64,000 bases of DNA, taken from a virus. A model generated the notes under the pieces. The model had not been told where the DNA came from. It saw nothing but the letters and a program-made list of their open reading frames with translations, and did not search any database. The position numbers and the translations under genes were made by a program. Below, piece by piece: positions 9,021 through 19,327 of this stretch. How positions within the stretch are numbered: the stretch's first letter is position 1; the number at the start of each line of letters is the position of its first letter. The stretch spans positions 33,941-97,940 of IMG/VR virus record IMGVR_UViG_3300032286_001304. The stretch is one strand, 5' to 3'.

Positions 9021-11622
9021 TTTCTAGCTCCTTTCTGACCACACTTGCTTTCAATACGGTCGGAACCTCTTGTTCGACAATTTCTTTAACGAAATATATC
9101 TCATCTGTTTCACTAGTTACTTTTTTGGATAGGTGTATCACGGCGATTGAGTCTTCCTTCAAATTAACGAGTTCGTTCAGCAAGTCAAGCTGGAATAGCA
9201 TCACAACCAAAGAATCTGTGTCATCTTTTATTGTGTATCTGACATAATCTTTTTTATTCTTAGAAATTCTTTTTTCTATTTCTTTTATTTGACAAATACA
9301 TTTATAATCTCCTTGTGGCAGAGCTTTTAATGTTTTTAAATCATGCAATCCGATTATATGTTTACTATAAATAGATTTTAGCGAACCAGAATAAGAAAAT
9401 CCAACATATTCATTTTCAGCAATCCATTTTGTAAGTTCTTCAAATCTTGAATTTCTAATATATTTTTGCCAAAATGGAATATAATTCTTTTTTATTGTAT
9501 CTCTTCTTGATTCTTTTATAAAAGGTTTTCCTTTTAAGTCTTTTAAATCTTCAACACAAGCCTTTATACAAGCCTCTAGGTTATAATTATATTTTTCACC
9601 AATGCTATGAATGATTGGCTTTTCCTTTGGAGTTAAAAGTTTATATAATTCAAGTTGAGCAATTAATTTATTTCTAGTGCTATCTTTGTTATATTCATCA
9701 AAGCAACCAGACATAATTAGGGAAGACGCCAAATTAATTGGAATTCCTGCTTCTGTTATTCCAGAAAATAAAGAGAATTTATTTTCAACAGCAATTTTAA
9801 ATTCATGGATTTTATCAATTGCTTTTCCAGCAACACCCTTTACATTTGAAAGACCAATTCTGATTGCCCCATTTTCAATCACATGGTCATCTTTTGAGCA
9901 AGAAAGAGATGGAGGTAGTAATTTTATTCCTCTATCATCCATTTCCTTTTTTATTCTTGATACATTTATAATTCTATCTTTTGGAGAATCATAACGAGTC
10001 ATCTTCAAGCACGCCCAATAAAACTCGACTGGATATTTTATCTTTAACCATATCGTTTGCGCTGTAATCATCCCATACGAGATGGCGTGACATTTCGCAA
10101 ATTGATACCCACCAGACTCTTCCGCTATTTTTAGAAGAAGATCTACAACAGTTTTTTCTATACCATTCTTTTCGCAAATTTCTTCAATTTCTTTTTTTAC
10201 TTTTGGAATCTCATCAATTTTCTTTTTACCAAGAGTTCTTCTAGCCATTTCAGCTTTATTTGGGTCCATTCCTACATTAATCAACATCTTTAGATATTGT
10301 TCTTGAAACAAACAAATTCCGCCAGTTGGTTTAAGAACATCATCAATTACAGGATGAATAGTTTCATAAACTGAATTATGAACATAATTTAAATATTTCT
10401 TTAATCCGCTTATAGCACCGGGACGACTAATAGCAAGAGCATCTGCAATTTGAATAAAATTCTTTGGTTTTATTTGAATTGCAATTCTTCCTTGAGCCTC
10501 AGACTCAAATTGGAATATTCCATACATATCTTTGGCATCTTGAAGCCATTGATAAATAATATTATCTTCGCAATTTATATCTTCGACCTTGATTCCAGCC
10601 GCTTTACAACAATCATAAACGACAGATGCGGTTTTTAGTCCTAGTTCGTCAAATTTAAGAGTAAGCTCTTGTGCGGTATACATATCACAAGAATTTGAAA
10701 TGGCATATTCCCCTGTTTCTTCACCTTTTGTAAGCTGAAGGGGCATTAAATTAGCTATTTCATCATGTGAAATCAAAACAGCGGAAGCATGGCATCCGAC
10801 TGATTTTTTAAGACCTCTTAACTTTAATGACATCCTGATTACTTCAGAATGATTCTTAGCCCATTGTTTTAACTTTACATTTTCTTTATTTTTGTCATTT
10901 GAAAGGGCATCACCTAAGTCTTCGACTATGCCGAATTGCTTATCGACGAGGTCGCTTACATCATTTGCTTCGCTTTCAGAAGATTCCTCGTAACATTTTA
11001 AGACTTCTTTTAATAGAATCTTTGTAGTTAGGGAGCCAGTAGTTAGAAGTTTAGCCGTTCTATTTGGATATTTTTGATTTAGATATTCAATAACCTCACT
11101 TCTTCTGTAAAAACATAAATCTTGGTCAATATCGGGAGCAAGAGAACCGTCGATGTATTTTATTCCATCAATAAAACTTGTTTTTGCGCGGGCTGGATTT
11201 AGAAATCGGGTAAAGAAAAGTTCATTCTTAATTGAGTCAATCTTAGTAATTCCTACTAAATAACAAACAATACTTGAAGCTACTGAACCACGACCTGGAC
11301 CAGTTGGAATTTCATTTCTACGGCAAAAGTCACAAATATCCCAAACCATCAAGATGTAATCAATAAATCCAAGAGTCTCAATAACATTTAACTCTTCTTT
11401 TATTTGATTGGCATACTTTTGATTTAGCGATTTATCTATTTTGCCAACTATTTTATCACGAAATCCCTTTCTGCATAGTTCGGTTAAAAACTCTTTATTA
11501 GAAACTGATTCTGGCAGACCAACATATTCGTATTGAATCTTTGAAGGTTTGAATTCTGGTAAACGAACTCCGTTAAAAAGAACAGGAATTTCGTATGAAG
11601 TAAATTTTTTGGAAAAAGACAT
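9010..11622 (-). CDS. dnaE: DNA polymerase III alpha catalytic core (lacks N-terminal PHP domain)
   Basis: GPGRGS, PDIDQD, HASAV, KFDELGLK, GIFQFES, FQEQ, YQFAKCHA, GLSNVKG, C-terminal OB fold. Confidence 0.95.
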   Translation of the reverse strand: MSFSKKFTSYEIPVLFNGVRLPEFKPSKIQYEYVGLPESVSNKEFLTELCRKGFRDKIVGKIDKSLNQKYANQIKEELNVIETLGFIDYILMVWDICDFCRRNEIPTGPGRGSVASSIVCYLVGITKIDSIKNELFFTRFLNPARAKTSFIDGIKYIDGSLAPDIDQDLCFYRRSEVIEYLNQKYPNRTAKLLTTGSLTTKILLKEVLKCYEESSESEANDVSDLVDKQFGIVEDLGDALSNDKNKENVKLKQWAKNHSEVIRMSLKLRGLKKSVGCHASAVLISHDEIANLMPLQLTKGEETGEYAISNSCDMYTAQELTLKFDELGLKTASVVYDCCKAAGIKVEDINCEDNIIYQWLQDAKDMYGIFQFESEAQGRIAIQIKPKNFIQIADALAISRPGAISGLKKYLNYVHNSVYETIHPVIDDVLKPTGGICLFQEQYLKMLINVGMDPNKAEMARRTLGKKKIDEIPKVKKEIEEICEKNGIEKTVVDLLLKIAEESGGYQFAKCHAISYGMITAQTIWLKIKYPVEFYWACLKMTRYDSPKDRIINVSRIKKEMDDRGIKLLPPSLSCSKDDHVIENGAIRIGLSNVKGVAGKAIDKIHEFKIAVENKFSLFSGITEAGIPINLASSLIMSGCFDEYNKDSTRNKLIAQLELYKLLTPKEKPIIHSIGEKYNYNLEACIKACVEDLKDLKGKPFIKESRRDTIKKNYIPFWQKYIRNSRFEELTKWIAENEYVGFSYSGSLKSIYSKHIIGLHDLKTLKALPQGDYKCICQIKEIEKRISKNKKDYVRYTIKDDTDSLVVMLFQLDLLNELVNLKEDSIAVIHLSKKVTSETDEIYFVKEIVEQEVPTVLKASVVRKELENAT

Positions 11623-11623
11623 G

Positions 11624-12277
11624 TTAAATTTCTAGTAGCCAAATAAGTTTTTTATGTATTTCTACATTTTGGATTATATCATAGTCTGCTGTATGCAAAC
11701 GGCTTTCATCAACCGTGATTCCGAACTCCTTACTCATTGTGCTAATGCTAGTTTTAAGACCTTTCTCAACATAGTCAACAAGTCTATACTGGTGAGCAAG
11801 AAAATTATTCGATGAACTAGTATCTAATTTTATTTGTTTTTTATACGCTTTGCTTAAAGCAATCGTATCGTAAGTTTTAAAAGGTTGATATAGATAATCG
11901 TAAATAGGTTTCATTCCTAATGCTCTGCGCCAAGCATTAAGAATCATTGAATCATAACCAAGAAAATTTTGTGCAGCAATCTTATATTTAGGATTATGGA
12001 GATATGATTCAACTATCTCAAGAATTTCTTTTGGGTCTCTAGCTTTGGACTTGTATTCATCGTAATTGAATTTTGTGATAGCTGCCGCGCCTGCACTCAT
12101 ACGGAGGTTTTCCCACCAAACGAAGTAGTCGTGAAATTCTTTTTGGCCGTCTAAGGTCCAAACGGAAAAAGAAACTTGAAAAGGTTTTGCATAAACAGTA
12201 TTCAGGGACTCTGTTTCCGTGTCCAAGGTTATATACTCTTGTGTTTTATTATATCTTAAAAGTTCAACGCCAATCAT
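11624..12277 (-). CDS. DEDDh 3'-5' exonuclease (DnaQ/epsilon-like)
   Basis: LDTETE (ExoI), NFLGYD (ExoII), LHTADYD (ExoIII); start placed at ATG 12277 (ATGA overlap with upstream gene). Confidence 0.85.
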   Translation of the reverse strand: MIGVELLRYNKTQEYITLDTETESLNTVYAKPFQVSFSVWTLDGQKEFHDYFVWWENLRMSAGAAAITKFNYDEYKSKARDPKEILEIVESYLHNPKYKIAAQNFLGYDSMILNAWRRALGMKPIYDYLYQPFKTYDTIALSKAYKKQIKLDTSSSNNFLAHQYRLVDYVEKGLKTSISTMSKEFGITVDESRLHTADYDIIQNVEIHKKLIWLLEI

Positions 12278-13053
12278 TTTGTTAATTCCTTCCATTTTTC
12301 AAAACTAAAACTATCCGAACATAACCATCTTAGTTCTGGTTTTGAAAATTTACTTCTTTCTTGAATTGCCCTGTAAGTGATATATGAGGAACAATCACTT
12401 GATTTTTCGTAATAGCAAGTTTTTGTGTTTACTATGTTTCCTCCCCATTTTTCAATAACTTCATCAATTAATGGAGCAAAGGGTAAATCTGATTCAATCT
12501 CTTTAAAGAAAACTACATCATCTTTTGGCACGAAACCAAACTCTGGAACAATTGCAGAATCCATTACCAAACGGTTTTTAGCAAGAAAACTATCGACATA
12601 TGGAAAAGCTAATAATAGATTTTCAGTCCATAAGTTACGTAATTGTTTGAAATCATACCTCATTTTATAGTATTTATTCTCACGATTGCTGTAACAACTT
12701 GTATATATTTTGCCTAAATCATTGTAAGCCTTGCCATTTTTAGCAAAAATAATTATCTTATGTTCTTGTTTTAGGCTTTTGTCGGAATGATTGTTTATCG
12801 AATCATCTGTAAGCCACATCTGTAAACCGAAAATTAGTTGTAGATTTAATTTATTTGCATTTTTAAGAGCTTCACGAAAAGATTCAAAATTATTACTTAT
12901 GTAGTAAACTTCTTTAAGCCCAGATTCTTTTGCTAATTTTAAAAAAGACTGTGGGCCATTCTCATCTTTACATTCATCTGGAGACCAAGCAGTTAAAATA
13001 CTAAGCAGACTTGTATGGTCATAAAATAATGGAATTATCTCTTTATTTTTCAT
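12274..13053 (-). CDS. Stand-alone PHP domain of DNA polymerase III alpha
   Basis: DHTSLLS, AKESGL, LIFG, IIIFAKNGKAYNDL.KI.T pattern of DnaE PHP domains; adjacent to exonuclease and core. Confidence 0.8.
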   Translation of the reverse strand: MKNKEIIPLFYDHTSLLSILTAWSPDECKDENGPQSFLKLAKESGLKEVYYISNNFESFREALKNANKLNLQLIFGLQMWLTDDSINNHSDKSLKQEHKIIIFAKNGKAYNDLGKIYTSCYSNRENKYYKMRYDFKQLRNLWTENLLLAFPYVDSFLAKNRLVMDSAIVPEFGFVPKDDVVFFKEIESDLPFAPLIDEVIEKWGGNIVNTKTCYYEKSSDCSSYITYRAIQERSKFSKPELRWLCSDSFSFEKWKELTK

Positions 13054-13077
13054 TTAATGAATATCTATTAAGACTCA

Positions 13078-13332
13078 TCACTTCTTATTGAATATTCCGT
13101 CAAAAAAGTCAAGTCCATTTGAGGAGCTTGGTCTACTTTTTATCTTACTCTGGTTTCTCTCCCACTCCTGTCCATTTTTAAATCCAAACTCAGAGCCGTA
13201 TTTAAATGAAGTTTCGACTAGTTTTTTTATTTTAGCTGGATTAAGACAAACATTTTCTTCTCCTAAAAAATTTGGATTAATATCACAAAATTTTTCCCAA
13301 ACTTCTTCTTTATTCATAAAATTTATTCCCAA
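13078..13332 (-). CDS. Hypothetical protein
   Basis: 84 aa ORF; true start may be the second Met. Confidence 0.5.
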   Translation of the reverse strand: MGINFMNKEEVWEKFCDINPNFLGEENVCLNPAKIKKLVETSFKYGSEFGFKNGQEWERNQSKIKSRPSSSNGLDFFDGIFNKK

Positions 13333-13976
13333 TATTTAGATATTCTTTTGTCGTCTTTACTTGAATATTTACCTTTTAAAGTATCTTCATTTGTTTTATA
13401 TGGCAATGGTTTTTCAAAACCTAAATCACGCAAGACTTCTCTTACTCGCATAACATCCTTTTCCTCTTTCCAGTCTCTTGTAAAAACACATATAACATAT
13501 TCTTTGCCCTTTTCACCTTTCAATGTAGAAACTTTAGAATATCCACCCAGTAAACCTTGCTCGGTTGCATCCTTAATTTGTTCCCAAGCCTCATTTATAT
13601 ATTCTTTTGGAATAAAGATTAACCACTTTCCTGCGCGAGTAGTATAGTTAGATTTCTTGCCATAAGCATGAATCCAGTATTCGGAAGTGCATTCAGTTGG
13701 AGTATCTTGTCTATTAGAACGAAAATAAGATTTATATGACTGTTTTTTCTTTTGTTTTATAGAAATATTACTGGTTGGCGCGGCAGCAAACATTTCTTTT
13801 TTATTGATTTTTTTACCATTTAAAATATTATCTCCTTTTAGTATATCATCTTCAAATGGACTCGCCATATTATGGGCAACGCAATCCTCAAATACATGAT
13901 CATAATCTAAATCTGGATCGCTTAGTTCATCCCAAACCTGATCTGGCATATCTTCTGGATTAAATGGGTCAATCAT
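13323..13976 (-). CDS. DUF1917 / eIF4E-like fold protein
   Basis: GKWLIF...W..I..AT..G.LG...KVST...VICVFT.DW....DV.RV...LR.LG......YK; start moved to ATG 13976 to avoid long overlap. Confidence 0.7.
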   Translation of the reverse strand: MIDPFNPEDMPDQVWDELSDPDLDYDHVFEDCVAHNMASPFEDDILKGDNILNGKKINKKEMFAAAPTSNISIKQKKKQSYKSYFRSNRQDTPTECTSEYWIHAYGKKSNYTTRAGKWLIFIPKEYINEAWEQIKDATEQGLLGGYSKVSTLKGEKGKEYVICVFTRDWKEEKDVMRVREVLRDLGFEKPLPYKTNEDTLKGKYSSKDDKRISKYWE

Positions 13977-13981
13977 TTTAT

Positions 13982-14359
13982 TTAATAAGGTCGGTCGTCG
14001 TCGCCATTCATCTGTTCGTCCAAATCTCTTTGCTCTTCCGTCATGTTCCAAGGATCGCTCCAAGTCAAGCATTCTTTCTTTTTAAGAGTATGTAACTGCT
14101 CATTTAGAACGTCAACATAATCGCTCCGTCTTTTTATAGCCTTTTTAGTTGATTCTATTGATTCTTTTAGTGTCTTTTTATAATCTGTGGAATAAATTTG
14201 CTCAGATTCGCCCCATTGATCGGGAACAATAATAAAAGATTTTTCCTCCTCATTATAAATATATTGAGCATATTTAGACGGCCCTTCAATTGTTTTTTCT
14301 ACAAAATAACCATCTCCATCACAACGATAGATTTTAATTGGGTATTTAATATTATTCAT
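13982..14359 (-). CDS. Hypothetical protein
   Basis: 125 aa ORF. Confidence 0.55.
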   Translation of the reverse strand: MNNIKYPIKIYRCDGDGYFVEKTIEGPSKYAQYIYNEEEKSFIIVPDQWGESEQIYSTDYKKTLKESIESTKKAIKRRSDYVDVLNEQLHTLKKKECLTWSDPWNMTEEQRDLDEQMNGDDDRPY

Positions 14360-14369
14360 TTTGATTATG

Positions 14370-14621
14370 TTAAATTTTCACAATTTCATCTGCCTTAACT
14401 TTAGCCCGTGCTTTTTCGTATTTCTTAAACCATTTTTCAAATTCTGGCCAAACCCAATGCTTAGGAGATGGTTGTATTTTTAATGGTTCGCCATCTTTGC
14501 GTAAAAAGAAGGGGCCACAATAACGATGAAATTCCCAATGAATAGTGCGACCATTTTTAGTCGCGCTACCTTCTCCATCGTGATAATCGACACAGATTCC
14601 GTTAGAGATAAAGCCAGCCAT
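14370..14621 (-). CDS. Hypothetical protein
   Basis: 83 aa ORF with WEFH.YCGP motif. Confidence 0.55.
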   Translation of the reverse strand: MAGFISNGICVDYHDGEGSATKNGRTIHWEFHRYCGPFFLRKDGEPLKIQPSPKHWVWPEFEKWFKKYEKARAKVKADEIVKI

Positions 14622-14627
14622 AATGAT

Positions 14628-15512
14628 TTAACTTAACCACTTTTCTCTCCATTCATCAAGTCCATTCGTATCATTTTTCTCTAAATATTCAAGAAAATCT
14701 TTATATTTAGGAAGTGCAATTAATATTTTTTCTTCATCAAAATAATTTAATAAGACATTTTTAATTTTTTCAGCCGCTTTATTCCCTATATTATCATTAT
14801 CTGGTTCGTTATTTAATGCAATGAGTATTTTGCTTGGGTTATTTTTAATAATAAAAGATAACTGTTTAGAAGAAATTTTTGTTCCAAAGATACACATTGC
14901 ATTTTTAATGCCTTTTTCATGTAAAGCAAGAACATCGGCTGGTCCTTCGACAATAATTATTTTATTTATTTTTCTGATGATTTGTTCATCGCTACAAAAT
15001 ATACTATCATTTATATTTGATAAATGTTTCCATTTTGGAACTTTATTTTCCTTATGCCATTTGGTATATTTAATAAACCTACCAGTAAATGCAACAATTT
15101 TATTATTTTCTATCAAAGGAATAATGACTCTACCAGCAAGTTGACCTGTTAAGGCTACGCCAATTTTGAAATATTTTTGTGTTTCTGCTGAAATTCCTCT
15201 TCCTTCAAAATAAGAATAGTCTTTTATTAATTTATCTAAAATATCAATCGTCCAAGTTTTATTATATTCAATTTTTGGTTGTTCAATAGGGACATCTTTT
15301 ATTACTCCATCTGAACCAATACCAATTAACTGATAAATACCTTTATTATGTGAACTATCAGCAATACAATTATATTTTCCTGAAGATAGTATGCTTAAAT
15401 GATTTTTTGACCTATCTCTACCTTCTAATGCACAAACTGGACATCGACCTATGAAGTCTATTCCATTTTGTCTTATTCCTTCTATTTTTTCTAAATCAAT
15501 AATATGAGCCAT
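14628..15512 (-). CDS. DNA primase (Zn-finger + TOPRIM)
   Basis: CPVC...H...C, RVIIP..., AFTGR, PKWKH, VEGPADV; adjacent to DnaB. Confidence 0.85.
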   Translation of the reverse strand: MAHIIDLEKIEGIRQNGIDFIGRCPVCALEGRDRSKNHLSILSSGKYNCIADSSHNKGIYQLIGIGSDGVIKDVPIEQPKIEYNKTWTIDILDKLIKDYSYFEGRGISAETQKYFKIGVALTGQLAGRVIIPLIENNKIVAFTGRFIKYTKWHKENKVPKWKHLSNINDSIFCSDEQIIRKINKIIIVEGPADVLALHEKGIKNAMCIFGTKISSKQLSFIIKNNPSKILIALNNEPDNDNIGNKAAEKIKNVLLNYFDEEKILIALPKYKDFLEYLEKNDTNGLDEWREKWLS

Positions 15513-15515
15513 TGA

Positions 15516-17033
15516 TTAAAATGCAGGTTCACTATCTTCGTTATTATTTTCTGGTTTAAATCCAGCTTTACCATTTTTTACTAACCATTCTGAATATAAA
15601 CCACAATCCTCAACAGCAAAATTATTAATATCAAAATTTATAAAATTTGGTTTATAATAAATTTCTTTTCCATCTTTTACTCTAACATAATCTAAAAAAG
15701 CTGCGCCTTTTTCACCAAGATATCTTGTTTTTGTTGTAATTAGTTTATGTGTCGGTGCTTTTCTTTCTGGAGTTGAATCTGAAAGCATCTCGTCATGCGT
15801 TCTTTTTCTAAGAATACCCATGTAAGATACTAGCCAATTTAATCTATCTGACATACTTAATGAGTTCTCATTATCAGAAATTTCACTTGATGATTTTCCA
15901 TTAGTAATACCAGATCTATTTGTTTGCACCGCTGATAATACTGGACAATCACAATATTCAGCAGTTTCTTTTAGAGATTGTGTTTTATCATAAGCAGCTA
16001 TAAATTCTTGTGTATTTTTCCCATCTCTATCTGCACTTGTTATTTTTAAGTAATCATAAATTATTAAAAATGGATTTCCACGACCAACTTTATTTAAATA
16101 AAATCTTTTTATATACTTTTCTAATTCTGAACTATTTTTATTTCCAATTGATTCAAAATATAGATTTTTATTTTTTTGATTTTGAATTTTATGTATTTCT
16201 TCATTAATCTTTTTTGACCATTTTAAATCAAATTTCCATTTTCCTGAATCCATTAACCAATAGGGGACTCCGATTCTTCCAGAAATATAACGTAAAACAG
16301 CATCTTCTAAAAACATTTCTGAATCTAAATACAATATTTTTAATTCATCTGCTTTATTTGGATTTGCCTCTGGCATCCTACGCATAATATCTAAAAGAAA
16401 TGTGCTTTTATTTCCTCCAGATCTTGCAGCAAAAATACCTAAATTTTTACTTTTAAGTCTTCCAATATTTTCATGAAAAGATTTGTAAGGCATTATTAGA
16501 TCATTTTGATGAATATCTGTATTACTAAAATCCTCAAGAATTCTTGGTAATTCTTCTAAAAGATTTCTTGGCTCTGGATCGTCTCCGCTTAAACTAATTA
16601 AACTTTTTCCTAAATATTTATCTGTTATTTCAATTAATTCTTTAGCTGGTTTTTCTTCGTTATCTAATATTTCTTTTTGAACTTTAATAGAATTCTCATG
16701 AATTGTTCGCACTAAAGTCTTTTTCTTTAGAGCTTTTCCTAAATCTAGGATATTTCTCTTATCTACTGGACGAATTTTGAGTGAAGAACAGTAATCTCCT
16801 ATTTCAATTCCATCTAATGTAATTCCTAATGATTTTAGTTTTTCAGAAACAATTATTTCATCTGGTCTACCTTTATTTTCTATAATATTACTAATTACAG
16901 CAAAAATTGGAGAATTCTGCTTACTGAAATCCTTTGAGTTAATAAAAGGAATTTCTACGTAAGAGTCTGGATATTGTAATAATATTGCTATAATCGACTG
17001 TTCAATTTCTATACTATAAAGTGACTTTGCCAT
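15516..17033 (-). CDS. dnaB: Replicative DNA helicase
   Basis: N-terminal EQSII..LL, ARSGGNKST Walker A variant, DSEM, YDYLK Walker B, VQTNR, KTRY. Confidence 0.9.
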   Translation of the reverse strand: MAKSLYSIEIEQSIIAILLQYPDSYVEIPFINSKDFSKQNSPIFAVISNIIENKGRPDEIIVSEKLKSLGITLDGIEIGDYCSSLKIRPVDKRNILDLGKALKKKTLVRTIHENSIKVQKEILDNEEKPAKELIEITDKYLGKSLISLSGDDPEPRNLLEELPRILEDFSNTDIHQNDLIMPYKSFHENIGRLKSKNLGIFAARSGGNKSTFLLDIMRRMPEANPNKADELKILYLDSEMFLEDAVLRYISGRIGVPYWLMDSGKWKFDLKWSKKINEEIHKIQNQKNKNLYFESIGNKNSSELEKYIKRFYLNKVGRGNPFLIIYDYLKITSADRDGKNTQEFIAAYDKTQSLKETAEYCDCPVLSAVQTNRSGITNGKSSSEISDNENSLSMSDRLNWLVSYMGILRKRTHDEMLSDSTPERKAPTHKLITTKTRYLGEKGAAFLDYVRVKDGKEIYYKPNFINFDINNFAVEDCGLYSEWLVKNGKAGFKPENNNEDSEPAF

Positions 17034-17076
17034 GTTATTATCCCTTTACTATAGGGCATTTTGAAATAAGGTCAAG

Positions 17077-17104
17077 AAAAAAGCCACGCTTTTTGGCGCG
17101 GCTT
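17077..17104 (-). terminator. Rho-independent terminator
   Basis: Minus strand AAGCCGCGC-CAAAAA-GCGTGGCTT followed by T run; a TTGACC..TATAGT promoter for dnaB follows immediately. Confidence 0.7.
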
Positions 17105-17126
17105 GAGTATTGAGTTATATTTTTAG

Positions 17127-17300
17127 TTAAAATAATATAGCTCCAGCGATAAAGGTAGCGGCAACTACAATTAAAAAATTTAAAAGTGATATGTTTACTT
17201 TTTTTGTAAAAATATATGTTTTAAATCCACTTGATTGAATATTTGCAACTTCAATTTGCGCTTTATCTACTACTTCATTTACTTTTTCTATGTTTGACAT
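17127..17300 (-). CDS. Small membrane protein (57 aa)
   Basis: Hand translation MSNIEKVNEVVDKAQ...LLNFLIVVAATFIAGAILF; C-terminal hydrophobic helix; below ORF-track cutoff. Confidence 0.6.
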   Translation of the reverse strand: MSNIEKVNEVVDKAQIEVANIQSSGFKTYIFTKKVNISLLNFLIVVAATFIAGAILF

Positions 17301-17308
17301 AATTATTT

Positions 17309-18568
17309 TTATTTATAATCTTTATCCTCAATTGGTTGAGAATAAAATACTGCATCTAAGTTATCTTTGCTGCACACCATAGCAAGAGCTTGGCGGGTTG
17401 AACCCACGTAACCGTTTGCTTGGTGAAAATCATCACTACCTGAAATACTTGGAATCGTCCATATTTCTGTTCCTTGGATATTTTGAACTTTATGATGATG
17501 GGTATGACCTATCAACCAAAAACGTCTTTTAGCTGAACCCCATTCTTTTCCATATTCAACAATTCCCATTTGAACCAATTTATCAGATTTAATTTGGTCT
17601 CCATGAGTATAACCGAAAGCAATTTCACCATGACTGTAATACTTACGGAGTTTATCTTCATTATCTACCGTAACATTTTCGTCATTATGATACCAGCATT
17701 CTAAAGCATCACCTAAATGAAACATAGATGATCTATCATGATTTCCTGGCATTACAATAATATGAACAGGGGCGATTTGTTTTAAAATCTCGACTGTTTG
17801 AATTAATAATTTTCTACCTTCTCTAAAAATTTTGCTAAATCTAGTATCAACATCTTGCGGAGTTCCGCGAGTTGTCGTATTTTGTGGAGTATCAATTGTC
17901 AAATAGTCGTTTCCAACTACATACCAAATCTTCTCAATACCACCCTGTCTTTTTGCCTTTGCGACTAAATCAAGTAAAGTCTTAGTATAAACTTCACAAG
18001 CAATTTTTAAATCGTAATTATGTCCAGTTTGTTCTTTATTACAGAGTTTACCTATATGAGCATCTGGGATGTTTACAATTAGAAGTTTTCCATTTTCAAG
18101 AGTTGGGTATTTAATCTTATCTACATTTGGTGCAAAATTCAAAGCATCTTCTCTAAATTCTTCCAAAATATGTTTTAATGCTACTTCTTTTCTTCTTGTG
18201 AACTCAGCTTTAGCTTGAAAATTCTGACCATAAGAATTAGCAATGAAAGATTTAACAATCCATTCTTCCATATTTAATTTACTGACTTCAATTAGCTCAT
18301 CTAATGTATAAATTTGTGGGCTATTTTTAGTTTCTATAACTGCTTTATCTCCTTTTACGCTAACCTGTGGACAAGCTGCTTTTTTTATAAATTCTTTAGA
18401 AGTTTTATTTTCTAATTTAGAAAAAAGCTTTCTATATAGATTATTTCTAGCCGTTTTTTTAAGTCCCCAAATTTTTCCAATTTCTTTTCTAACTTGTGTG
18501 GGTATAGTTGATTTGCTATATTTTTTTATATAACTAACTTTTTCCCTTTCTGTTTTAAGCTTAATCAT
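17309..18568 (-). CDS. Calcineurin-like metallophosphoesterase with N-terminal extension
   Basis: DAHIG, GND, GNHD, HGD, GHTHH motifs. Confidence 0.85.
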   Translation of the reverse strand: MIKLKTEREKVSYIKKYSKSTIPTQVRKEIGKIWGLKKTARNNLYRKLFSKLENKTSKEFIKKAACPQVSVKGDKAVIETKNSPQIYTLDELIEVSKLNMEEWIVKSFIANSYGQNFQAKAEFTRRKEVALKHILEEFREDALNFAPNVDKIKYPTLENGKLLIVNIPDAHIGKLCNKEQTGHNYDLKIACEVYTKTLLDLVAKAKRQGGIEKIWYVVGNDYLTIDTPQNTTTRGTPQDVDTRFSKIFREGRKLLIQTVEILKQIAPVHIIVMPGNHDRSSMFHLGDALECWYHNDENVTVDNEDKLRKYYSHGEIAFGYTHGDQIKSDKLVQMGIVEYGKEWGSAKRRFWLIGHTHHHKVQNIQGTEIWTIPSISGSDDFHQANGYVGSTRQALAMVCSKDNLDAVFYSQPIEDKDYK

Positions 18569-18592
18569 AATTTTTTATTAACTAAGTTATAG

Positions 18593-18913
18593 TTACACTA
18601 TTTTAAGTTTAATGTCAACACCTAATTCATCTGGAATTGGTAAGTTTCTGTTTATATGTATTTTAAGTTGTCTCTTGATATCTGATTCTACTGCAAATAA
18701 TTGACTATTTATTTTGAACATAAGTTGATTCAAGTAACATTCTTTTTCATATTCTAGTAATGCATTATCATCATCAGATTGTAAAATAGAATTATAATGA
18801 CGAAAATCTTTCATTCGATTTGATTTGAAATCAAAGCATTTATTAGTATTATTAGCTGTAAGTGGCATTTTAAATTGCCAACCTAAATTAGTAAATTTAT
18901 TAAAATTAATCAT
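18593..18913 (-). CDS. Hypothetical protein
   Basis: 106 aa ORF. Confidence 0.5.
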   Translation of the reverse strand: MINFNKFTNLGWQFKMPLTANNTNKCFDFKSNRMKDFRHYNSILQSDDDNALLEYEKECYLNQLMFKINSQLFAVESDIKRQLKIHINRNLPIPDELGVDIKLKIV

Positions 18914-19326
18914 AAAGTTAAATCAAATATTTCTTTAAACATAGTTTTTGTTAAGTTAATCAAATGCTCATCATTTAGTTCTATAAATTTAAACCCATTT
19001 AATTCAGCTAATTGCATTTTTTCATAATCAGCTTTTATTTTTTTTGAAAATCCAGCTCTTGAGCCATGCATAAATTCATTATATTCCAAATGAACTGCAT
19101 CTGGTGATGTTTCTACAATTATTTTTCTAGATAAGTTTACTAAATCAAATCGCCACAAAGTTCTTGGCAGTCTCATTTCAGATAAAACTATATCATTTTT
19201 CCAGAATGGATAAAAAAATTTTTGAACTTTAAGTTGGGGACCAGATGGTGCTTCATTCCAATTAATAAGTTTATATTGTATTGGATTAAAATTTACATCT
19301 TTCCCCGACTTTAGTTTCCATTTCAT
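18910..19326 (-). CDS. Vsr/DUF559-like endonuclease
   Basis: RFDLV......VE.....H...F.H...D..K...AELNGF..IE pattern. Confidence 0.6.
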   Translation of the reverse strand: MKWKLKSGKDVNFNPIQYKLINWNEAPSGPQLKVQKFFYPFWKNDIVLSEMRLPRTLWRFDLVNLSRKIIVETSPDAVHLEYNEFMHGSRAGFSKKIKADYEKMQLAELNGFKFIELNDEHLINLTKTMFKEIFDLTL

Positions 19327-19327
19327 A

